The position numbers and the translations under genes are program-made. From Smithella sp. (GTDB taxonomy: Bacteria > Desulfobacterota > Syntrophia > Syntrophales > Smithellaceae), in assembly GCA_017993615.1 (NCBI GenBank), contig JAGOMJ010000007.1, positions 1,587 through 65,586 on the forward strand: a stretch of DNA of 64,000 nt, in the 5' to 3' direction. A model generated the notes under the pieces. That model ran no database searches, had not been told where the DNA came from, and saw nothing but the letters and a program-made list of their open reading frames with translations. Numbering within the stretch: the stretch's first letter is position 1; each line of letters starts with the position of its first letter. Positions 29,570 to 37,085 of the stretch are shown piece after piece.

Positions 29570-29597
29570 ATTATATATACTTTGCAAAATTTTGCAA
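29570..29597 (-). promoter_or_regulatory. candidate abiEi promoter with overlapping palindromic operator
   Basis: Minus strand reads TTGCAA, a 16-nt spacer, then TATAAT. The perfect 16-nt palindrome TTGCAAAATTTTGCAA (29582-29597) covers the -35 box and part of the spacer. Confidence 0.45.
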
Positions 29598-29605
29598 GCC
29601 CGGAT

Positions 29606-29650
29606 TTATTTCATGCGGGTACCCTTCCCCGCCGCCAATATCAACGCACT
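29606..29650 (-). pseudogene. relic 5' fragment of a GlmU-like nucleotidyltransferase gene
   Basis: The minus strand encodes S-ALILAAGKGTRMK then a stop. This is identical in amino acids to residues ALILAAGKGTRMK of the intact gene at 27500..28261. There is no start codon or continuation. Confidence 0.75.
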
Positions 29651-29680
29651 TTCCTACACCTTATCAATCCTTATTCGTTT

Positions 29681-29705
29681 GTCATACCGGCGCAGGCCGG
29701 TATCC
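29681..29705 (+). repeat. REP-like palindromic element, copy 3
   Basis: GTCATACCGGCGCAGGCCGGTATCC: stem ATACCGGC/GCCGGTAT around a GCAG loop. Translates as VIPAQAGIQ in spurious ORF 29564..29947. Confidence 0.75.
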
Positions 29706-29721
29706 AGTATTTTAAAATTAA

Positions 29722-30921
29722 TTATGCCTTATTATTGTGGGGGAAAAATAATAGTCTATCTGGGAATTTAAGTTTCTTTTTCAATGTATCTATAGATGCT
29801 TCTTCCCCCAACGATTCGACGATGTCTTTAATTTTTCCCGCATCTCCCATGTTGGGCTTCCCAAACGTTAATAAATCTATTTCAAGGTTCTTAAGAATCG
29901 GACTTAATATTCTCAAGTATTCATCCCGAGGACATCCACCTGCGTAAAAAACTAGAATGTCATATTGTCCTCTTCTAATTAATCTTGACGTTGTATCTTG
30001 CCATTTCTCATTAATAATATTTTCATTACCTTTGATTTCTAGATCGTAATGATCAATATCATCGGAAGGATTAACCAGCCCATGTTTGGTCGTAAGAATA
30101 ACAAATTTACATCCCAAATCACTTGCGACATTTCTAACGGCTCCAACCCACTTTGCGCTTGGGAAGAAATATTCTGCTTTATATTTGTCTTTCTTTTGTG
30201 ATGCCGGACTCGCATCGGCAGAGCACAGAATTATTCTGTTAAGTTGATATGGTCCTATGGTCTCGTCTTTTGCTTCTTTGACTCTGGTTTTATCCAAAAC
30301 AATATTGTTTTGAACAGGCATAATGACATTATCATGAGGTTCCTCCATCCATAATATAAATTCACCATCCAATGGTAATTTATATTGTTCTCGGAACCAC
30401 TTCTGGAGAGAGATATATTCGTTATAATCACCAAGTCGACTCCACGGTTTTGACGGGACAGGAGCACCTCTTTTTTTAATTTTATCTAAAATTATATTGT
30501 CAATAGGAACATGACAAAACTCATATAAACCAGAATAACCGGGTAATCTTTTCTCACCCACACAAAATATATACTTAAAAGTCATGTTTATCCATTTCTG
30601 TGCCTGCCCAATGGAAAAATTAATGAAATCATTTTCTTTATATAAATTTTTTAAATGAAGGCATTTTTCTTTATGCCATTTATCAAATTCTTCGTGGTCA
30701 TTTAATGACTCTTTTTTTATATCTATGAAAATTGAGAGCAGATATTTTACGGCTCTATCAAATAAATCTTGTTTATTTTTGTGATCATCCATTCCATGAA
30801 GGGTTCTATTGAAATCGCGATAGGCTCTATTGATACATGATTTTATTAAATCATTTTTGGTCCCAAAATAGAGACGGATTAAATACTCTTCCCAATCTTG
30901 TCTTGTTAAATCTGATTTCAT
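29722..30921 (-). CDS. orphan two-domain protein: unknown helical N-domain plus DUF6884/YaaA-like C-domain (tentative)
   Basis: 399-aa ORF with AAGGA 8 nt upstream of the ATG. Markedly AT-rich relative to its neighbours. The C-terminal pattern ILCSADASPASQKKDKYKAEYFFPSAKW...CKFVILTTKHGLVNPSDDIDHYDLEI resembles the DUF6884/YaaA signature (C-S...K...A..F...ILSxKxGLxxPxxxIxxYD). N-domain motifs GQAQKWINMTFKY and CHVPIDN are not recognised. Confidence 0.7.
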   Translation of the reverse strand: MKSDLTRQDWEEYLIRLYFGTKNDLIKSCINRAYRDFNRTLHGMDDHKNKQDLFDRAVKYLLSIFIDIKKESLNDHEEFDKWHKEKCLHLKNLYKENDFINFSIGQAQKWINMTFKYIFCVGEKRLPGYSGLYEFCHVPIDNIILDKIKKRGAPVPSKPWSRLGDYNEYISLQKWFREQYKLPLDGEFILWMEEPHDNVIMPVQNNIVLDKTRVKEAKDETIGPYQLNRIILCSADASPASQKKDKYKAEYFFPSAKWVGAVRNVASDLGCKFVILTTKHGLVNPSDDIDHYDLEIKGNENIINEKWQDTTSRLIRRGQYDILVFYAGGCPRDEYLRILSPILKNLEIDLLTFGKPNMGDAGKIKDIVESLGEEASIDTLKKKLKFPDRLLFFPHNNKA

Positions 30922-31001
30922 TTAATAATCCTTGATTATCTCATCTACACTTATCAAAATCACTCCAATTATTAATAATCTTTTTTGAACAAAAACATTT
31001 A

Positions 31002-31028
31002 CTGGATTCCCGCCTGCGCGGGAATGAC
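31002..31028 (-). repeat. REP-like palindromic element, copy 4 (inverted orientation)
   Basis: Plus strand reads CTGGATTCCCGCCTGCGCGGGAATGAC, so the minus strand reads GTCATTCCCGCGCAGGCGGGAATCCAG. Translates as IPACAGMT in spurious ORF 30985..31182. Confidence 0.75.
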
Positions 31029-31038
31029 AAAAAGATAT

Positions 31039-32319
31039 TTATTTGTTCCCCTCTTGAATAAAAGGCGCGATTACCGTCACTTCCTTAATCGATTTCTGGT
31101 CGGCGTTTTCAATAATAAACGTCACATCGCCATACTGATAATATTCTTTTATTCGGGGAATTTTACCCATCTGATACATTAGAAAGCCGCCTACGGTTTC
31201 ATAATTCCCTTCGGGGAATTTCGCTTTAACCAATTGCCGCAGAGTTCCTATTTCCAGCCTGCCTGACACAAGATAACGTCCTTCAGCAATTTTTCTGTAA
31301 AGCTTTTCTCCCGACACGTATTCATCAATTGTTCCGACGATTTCTTCGCCGATATCCTCAATGGTGACAACGCCGGTCGCGCCACCGTATTCATCCACCA
31401 CCACCGCCATCTGCTCGTCTCTTTTTTGCATTGCTGCGAGCAGTTCGCTGACCTTTTTTGTTTCCGGAACATAAAAGACATCTTTGCGCATGCAGGAGGC
31501 AACCGTCGCTTCGCCGACACCTTCGCCTTTCTCCTTGTCCTTGAGGAGCATTTCAAAAAGATCGAAGTAGCGTAAAATGCCGACGATGTTGTAAACGGTA
31601 TCTTCATAAACGGGAATGCGCATGTATTTTTTATCGGCCACAACACCTACGGCTTCGGAAATTTTCATGGAAGCGGACAGCGCCGTCAAAGCGGAAACCG
31701 GCACCATGATTTTCATGGCCGTAAGTTCGGAGAAATCAAACACCCGGCTGACCATTTCCTTCTCACGCGTCAGGATATCGCCCCCTTTTGTTTTTTCGCC
31801 CAAGATGTATTTGAGGCCTTCCTTGGTAATGTGCGAGGACTGCCCGCTTCTGGTATCGGAAGAGAAATGCACCGTGCTTCTGGAAACGGCCGCGATCACG
31901 AAGGCGATCGGATAAAAAAGTATCGATGAAAAACGGATAAACCAGGCAACACGCATCGCCATGGCTTCCGCGTAGTAAAGAAATATGCTGCGGGCAATGA
32001 TCATGAGAAACAGCGTGGGAATCATGATCAGGAAAGCGATTTTTTCGCCGCGTGCCGGACCGTAAAAAGAAATTAAAAGACCGGTGATAAGCGTTGAAGC
32101 GATGATGATCGCCAGATTGGTCCCGACAAGTGCCGTCGAGATAAACCATTCCGGCTTTTCTTTGAGCTTGACGGCCTGGTGGGCGGATGTTGACCCCTGA
32201 TGCGCTCGGTTTTTCAGTTTATTGATATCGGAAGCAAAAAGCGCTACTTCACCGCCGGAATAAAGCATTTCCAGCATCAGACAAAACAATATGGCTGCGA
32301 CGATTAAATATAGGCTCAT
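31039..32319 (-). CDS. CNNM/CorC-HlyC family transporter-associated protein (DUF21 + CBS pair + CorC_HlyC)
   Basis: N-terminal DUF21 TM domain (SGGEVALFAS), CBS pair, and a C-terminal CorC domain (FPEGNYETVGGFLM...VTFIIENADQKSIKEV). Confidence 0.85.
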   Translation of the reverse strand: MSLYLIVAAILFCLMLEMLYSGGEVALFASDINKLKNRAHQGSTSAHQAVKLKEKPEWFISTALVGTNLAIIIASTLITGLLISFYGPARGEKIAFLIMIPTLFLMIIARSIFLYYAEAMAMRVAWFIRFSSILFYPIAFVIAAVSRSTVHFSSDTRSGQSSHITKEGLKYILGEKTKGGDILTREKEMVSRVFDFSELTAMKIMVPVSALTALSASMKISEAVGVVADKKYMRIPVYEDTVYNIVGILRYFDLFEMLLKDKEKGEGVGEATVASCMRKDVFYVPETKKVSELLAAMQKRDEQMAVVVDEYGGATGVVTIEDIGEEIVGTIDEYVSGEKLYRKIAEGRYLVSGRLEIGTLRQLVKAKFPEGNYETVGGFLMYQMGKIPRIKEYYQYGDVTFIIENADQKSIKEVTVIAPFIQEGNK

Positions 32320-33584
32320 GACTCTTCAGGTTCCTCAACTGTTTTTTTCGTAATCCTGACCTTCAATATTCTTGTTTTGCCGACATCATGCACGCAAAAG
32401 ATATATCCGTCCAGATGCGCCTCTTCGCCCTTCTGCGGTATTTTACCGAAAAGATGAAGCACCAGTCCGCCGACGGTGTCAAACTCGTCTTCCGGCAATT
32501 CCGCTTCCAGAAGCTTATTGCACTGCTCGACCGACATACTCCCGGGGACAATAACCGATTGCTCGTCGATTTTTTCACAACCGTCGCAAACCATTTCCTC
32601 ATCACCTTCCGGCTCTTCAAAAAGATGTTCCAGAATATGCTCCAGCGTAATCATGCCGGAAACGCCGCCATATTCGTCCACCACAATGGCGATCTGAATA
32701 AAATTTTTCTGAAAATCGTGCAGCAGACCATTGATTGTTTTTTGTTCGGGCACGAAAAACGGTCTGACCAAAAGATTGTAAATACCGGTCTGAGATCTGC
32801 CGCGCCAGACATTATTGAGCAAATCCCTCGCAAACAGGATTCCGACGATATCGTCTCTATCCTCCCGATAAACCGGAACCCGTTCCTGCCGGGCGGCGGC
32901 GATGGATTGAAGCATCTCCCCGACCGGCATATCCAGCGGAAGACAAAACATGTCCACACGGGGCACCATGATATCCGTCACCGGCCTGTCTCCGAGTTCG
33001 AATATTTTATTGATCAATTCTTTCTGGGCCTCATTCACAACGCCTTCGAGACTTCCGACATCGACAAGCGTTTTGAATTCGTGTTCCATAATGACTTCCG
33101 ATTCCTCGGATTTATTAACCCCGTAACGCCGCAGGAAAAGACCGGATACTTTTTCCAGGGCTGAAACGATAGGAGACTCGATTCGCGAAATGGCCATCAA
33201 GAGCGGAGACACCAGCGAGGAAATCTGCATCGGGTAGGTTACGCCAAAAGTTTTGGGAATAGCTTCGCCGACAAAAAGCAAAACGACGGTTGTAAAAACA
33301 ATCGACACCCATTGCCCGCTGCTACCGAAAAGCCCGATAAAAAAAGACGCCGCCAGGATGGAAATGCTGACGTTGACCACTTCATTGCTGGTTACGATTG
33401 TAATCAACAACCGGCGCTGGTTGGAAAGCAGTTTGACGACGTAATTAAAAAAAGGGTAATTGTTTTGTTGCATCTTATGCAGATGCAAATCCCGCAGTGA
33501 AAGCAAAGCGGCTTCCGATGACGAAAAAAATCCGGAAAGCGTGAAAAGAAGGATTAAAACAACTATGTCGGAATTCCAGCCCAA
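32316..33584 (-). CDS. CNNM/CorC-HlyC family protein, tandem paralog
   Basis: Same architecture (SSSEAALLSL; CBS pair; DEFDTVGGLVLHLFGKIP...ILKVRI). Its stop overlaps the downstream paralog's start by 4 nt. Confidence 0.85.
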   Translation of the reverse strand: MGWNSDIVVLILLFTLSGFFSSSEAALLSLRDLHLHKMQQNNYPFFNYVVKLLSNQRRLLITIVTSNEVVNVSISILAASFFIGLFGSSGQWVSIVFTTVVLLFVGEAIPKTFGVTYPMQISSLVSPLLMAISRIESPIVSALEKVSGLFLRRYGVNKSEESEVIMEHEFKTLVDVGSLEGVVNEAQKELINKIFELGDRPVTDIMVPRVDMFCLPLDMPVGEMLQSIAAARQERVPVYREDRDDIVGILFARDLLNNVWRGRSQTGIYNLLVRPFFVPEQKTINGLLHDFQKNFIQIAIVVDEYGGVSGMITLEHILEHLFEEPEGDEEMVCDGCEKIDEQSVIVPGSMSVEQCNKLLEAELPEDEFDTVGGLVLHLFGKIPQKGEEAHLDGYIFCVHDVGKTRILKVRITKKTVEEPEES

Positions 33585-33803
33585 TACCCAGACACCTCAT
33601 CTCATGAATTGAAACTTTTGCATAACTATCAAACTGTCTTTTCGACCAAAAACTATCATCCGGCAATAATATTGAATGTAGATTTCCCGTCGCTTTGCTC
33701 CCCGAAATGACCCAAGAGAAGTTATACCAAGATTTCTAACCTTGGTTATTAATTTAACAGATTCTGTCAAAAAAAGAAACATTGCCTTCGTTTGAATATT
33801 CCA

Positions 33804-33832
33804 TTGACAGCCCAATCTATTCTCTTTATAAA
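33804..33832 (+). promoter_or_regulatory. sigma70-type promoter of purD
   Basis: TTGACA (33804-33809), a 17-nt spacer, then TATAAA (33827-33832), about 35 nt upstream of ATG 33867. Confidence 0.45.
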
Positions 33833-33866
33833 AGCGAAAAATCCAAAAGCCCGACAGGAGATCCCC

Positions 33867-35198
33867 ATGCCCAATATATTACTGCTCGGAAACGGCGCCC
33901 GCGAACACGCACTGGCTGAAGCGATTACACGCTCCGGACAAAAGCCCAGCTTATTCTCTTTCATGAAATCCAATAACCCAGGCATCGCTTCTCTTTCAGA
34001 AAAAACCTTGATTGGTTCTTATGCCGATCTTGACGCGATTACAAAATTTGCCACGGAAAATAAAATCGAATTTGCCGTAATCGGGCCGGAAGATCCTTTA
34101 AATAACGGCGTTGCGGACGCGCTGGCCAAAATAAATATTCCCGCCGTAGGACCGACAAAATCGCTGGCCCGGCTGGAAACGTCCAAATCGTTCACCAGGA
34201 ATCTAGTCAGCAAATACAATATTCCCGGTAATCCGCAGTTTAAAGTATTTAAAACGCTCGATGGCGTCGAAGATTTTCTCAATCAGTTGGAAGGCATCGT
34301 TTTGAAACCGGACGGACTGACGGGCGGCAAGGGCGTTCAGGTCCAGGGAGATCATTTTGATTCAAAAAAAGAAGCGTTGAAACTATGCGCACAGATACTG
34401 GCCGGAGGCGCTTCGCTGGTGATTGAAGAAAAGTTCGACGGGGAAGAATTTTCGCTGCAATGCCTGTGCGACGGGAAGACAGTTGTCGCTACTCCGCTCG
34501 TGCAGGATCACAAGAGAAGATTTGACGGTGACAAGGGCCCCAATACCGGAGGCATGGGCTCTTATTCACTGGCGGACCATTCGATGCCTTTTTTGAGACC
34601 GCAGGATCTGCATGACGGACTGGAAATCACCCGTCAGGTCGCAGAAGCACTTTTGAAAGAAACGGGCAGTCCCTACAAAGGCGTCATGTATGGAGGATTC
34701 ATCGCCACGAAGGACGGCGTCAAGCTCTTGGAATACAACGCACGGTTCGGCGATCCGGAAGCCATGAATATTCTGCCGCTTCTCAAAACCGATTTCGTGG
34801 ATGTGTGCCGGCACATCATTGCAGGAACTCTGGATCAAATAGAAATAGAGTTTGATAAGAAGGCTACGGTTTGCAAATATGTTGTGCCGAAGGGCTACGG
34901 CCTACCCGCCGACCATCCCGATGCCGCCTCATCCAGGGCGAAAATTGAAGTGGGGAATGTGGGCCGGGCCAGGCTATATTATTCATCTGTGGATCAGAAG
35001 GATGACGGCTTGTATTTGAGCTCTTCACGCGCCATCGGCATTGTCGGAATTGCCGATAATCTGGCGGATGCCCGGAAAATTGCCGAGGAAGGGGTAAAGG
35101 CCGTCAAAGGTCCCGTTGCTTATCGCGAAGACATCGGCACCGACGCGCTCATCCAGAAACGTATCGATCACATGAAGAAGATACGAAAAGACGCTTAA
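33867..35198 (+). CDS. purD: phosphoribosylamine--glycine ligase
   Basis: ILLLGNGAREHALA, the ATP-grasp core (VLKPDGLTGGKGV, EEFSLQ) and NTGGMGSY. Start moved to ATG 33867 (CAGGAG SD). The track start at 33792 is a TTG inside the promoter region. Confidence 0.92.
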   Translation: MPNILLLGNGAREHALAEAITRSGQKPSLFSFMKSNNPGIASLSEKTLIGSYADLDAITKFATENKIEFAVIGPEDPLNNGVADALAKINIPAVGPTKSLARLETSKSFTRNLVSKYNIPGNPQFKVFKTLDGVEDFLNQLEGIVLKPDGLTGGKGVQVQGDHFDSKKEALKLCAQILAGGASLVIEEKFDGEEFSLQCLCDGKTVVATPLVQDHKRRFDGDKGPNTGGMGSYSLADHSMPFLRPQDLHDGLEITRQVAEALLKETGSPYKGVMYGGFIATKDGVKLLEYNARFGDPEAMNILPLLKTDFVDVCRHIIAGTLDQIEIEFDKKATVCKYVVPKGYGLPADHPDAASSRAKIEVGNVGRARLYYSSVDQKDDGLYLSSSRAIGIVGIADNLADARKIAEEGVKAVKGPVAYREDIGTDALIQKRIDHMKKIRKDA

Positions 35199-35248
35199 AG
35201 AGTTTTTTATTTCTTTTGCCGGAATACTCCAATTTTACGGAGCGTTTA

Positions 35249-36385
35249 ATGCCAAACAATTCTACGACCACGCCCTATGTCCGCCTCGGCTTTCTGGATT
35301 CCCTGCGCTGTTTCGCAATCATTTATGTGGTCATCAGTCACCTGATCCTGATTCCTCAACCTAATCTCGCAATTCCCGAATGGCTTGCGCCGTTTTTAAT
35401 CAACGGCGGCGACGCCGGCGTCAGTCTCTTCTTTGTCTTGAGCGCGTTCTCCCTCTCCTATGCCATGGACAAACGCGCGAAAGAGAAACGGCTTCTGCGC
35501 AATTTTTATGTCAGACGCTTTTTCCGAATCGCGCCTCTGTTTTATTTGCTGATGCTGCTGTACTGGATTCGCGATGCCGCTGTTTTTGGTGTATTTCATC
35601 CTTTCTCTGAAATTCTCGTCAACGCCTCGCTTTTGTTTAATCTGGTGCCATCCTGTATAACCGGATTTGTGTGGGCCAGCTGGGCCATCGGTGTCGTTAC
35701 CGTACTTTATCTGATTTTCCCTGTCATCCACAGATACATCCGCAACCTGCACGGGGCGCTGGCTTTATTTATATTTTCCATTCTGACCTCGTGGAGCTGG
35801 TCGTATTTTGTCAAATATTACGGCGTGGCAACCGGATATCTGAAAGCGGATGACGTCGGCTTCGTCTGGGGGTTCGGTTTCCTTCAACACCTGCCGGTAT
35901 TTGCCTGCGGCATTATCGTCTATCACCTGTTCTTTGATTACTTCAGCAAAACAAACCAAAAGTCCCGGCAAACTTACGGGATGCTATTCATTCTTGCTTT
36001 TATATTTTTTTATGGTGTCCTGCTTACTGAAAACATACAAAACATCATGTGGGGGAAAAAGATTCTGCACGGCATCTGCTTTTCTTTGCTGGCGCTGGGT
36101 TTGGGATTGAAGCCTTTTAATTTTCTGGTCAACGACAAAACCGCTTCCTTGGGTAGGACAAGTTACTCGATGTACTTATTCCATCCCCTTCTTATTTTTA
36201 CCGTGATTCCCGTCTATCGCCGGATCTACAATTTCATTCCGACAGACATGCTGGGATATTTATCGTCGCTACTGATTACACTTTTTTTACTCACTATTAT
36301 ATCGCTCTTATCTTACAGATATATTGAACGCACGGGAATGGCTATGGGAGAAAAATTTATCGTTAAAAGACATCCAGACAACTGA
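35249..36385 (+). CDS. acyltransferase family 3 (OafA/YrhL-like) membrane protein
   Basis: LGFLDSLRCFAIIYVVISH and about 10 TM segments are typical of Acyl_transf_3. ATG 35249 has GGAG 6 nt upstream. Confidence 0.75.
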   Translation: MPNNSTTTPYVRLGFLDSLRCFAIIYVVISHLILIPQPNLAIPEWLAPFLINGGDAGVSLFFVLSAFSLSYAMDKRAKEKRLLRNFYVRRFFRIAPLFYLLMLLYWIRDAAVFGVFHPFSEILVNASLLFNLVPSCITGFVWASWAIGVVTVLYLIFPVIHRYIRNLHGALALFIFSILTSWSWSYFVKYYGVATGYLKADDVGFVWGFGFLQHLPVFACGIIVYHLFFDYFSKTNQKSRQTYGMLFILAFIFFYGVLLTENIQNIMWGKKILHGICFSLLALGLGLKPFNFLVNDKTASLGRTSYSMYLFHPLLIFTVIPVYRRIYNFIPTDMLGYLSSLLITLFLLTIISLLSYRYIERTGMAMGEKFIVKRHPDN

Positions 36386-36420
36386 AGAGATCAAAACAAT
36401 ACTTTTATCTCAAATACTTC

Positions 36421-37068
36421 TTATAATGCTAACTTCCCTATCAAGGAACCAATCGAAAAACTAATCTCCGGAACCGGCACCATACAGACGAAAAGACAAC
36501 ACATTGCCAGAAATCTATAAACTCTCTTGCGTGTTCGTGTCAATGTTTCTTGATTTATAATGCTATCGCTCGCTTGATCCCACCGGAAAGTGCCTCTTTT
36601 TTTATAATATCGACTGGAAAGCCAGTAACCAATAATAAAACCGTGAAAAGTAAAAATGTAAAAATAATAGCCAAACCAAAAAAGATAAATTGATCTTTTG
36701 AAGGCATTATAAAAGTTAAGTTTTCTTCCTTCACGATCTGCAATCTTGATTTTAAATAATATTTTACCCGGAGTTGCCCCTAAAACACTTACGGAAAAAA
36801 CCTCGTAAAGAAAGAATGCTAAGGACATCATCGCGAAAAAGATGAGATAAACTTGCCAGAAATGAGGATTTGTTAAATGACTAATATCCTGCAGATCTCG
36901 TTTGTGTATTGTACCTGAAACCCAAGAACCAATTCCAGAGAAAATCCATATCAAGAAACATAATACCGCTTGCAAAAACAAATCTATGCATCTTGCCCAG
37001 AAGCGATCCCAGCGCAGAGGATACTGCGTGGCTTTTTGATCCTGATTCCCGATATCAAACATATGCAA
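36421..37068 (-). CDS. RDD-family membrane protein
   Basis: RWDRFWARCIDLFLQ (RDD-type motif) followed by TM helices. The gene is AT-rich. Confidence 0.6.
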   Translation of the reverse strand: MHMFDIGNQDQKATQYPLRWDRFWARCIDLFLQAVLCFLIWIFSGIGSWVSGTIHKRDLQDISHLTNPHFWQVYLIFFAMMSLAFFLYEVFSVSVLGATPGKILFKIKIADREGRKLNFYNAFKRSIYLFWFGYYFYIFTFHGFIIGYWLSSRYYKKRGTFRWDQASDSIINQETLTRTRKRVYRFLAMCCLFVCMVPVPEISFSIGSLIGKLAL

Positions 37069-37085
37069 AAAAATTGCCGCACTAT

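Larger units (their letters stand above)
29600..29718 (+). repeat. direct repeat B flanking the AbiE module
   Basis: Partner of 28177..28298. Contains the relic gene fragment and REP copy 3. Confidence 0.8.

Noticed and set aside
29564-29947. Track ORF of 127 aa containing VIPAQAGIQ, and ORF 30985..31182 (65 aa) containing IPACAGMT
   Set aside because: These peptides are simply translations of the REP-like palindromes. The ORFs run through intergenic repeats and antisense to real genes.
33792-33866. Track N-terminal extension of purD (TTG start, MNIPLTAQSILFIKAKNPKARQEIP)
   Set aside because: The extension covers a near-consensus promoter (TTGACA-N17-TATAAA). The canonical PurD N-terminus MPNILLLGNGAREHA starts at ATG 33867 with a CAGGAG SD.
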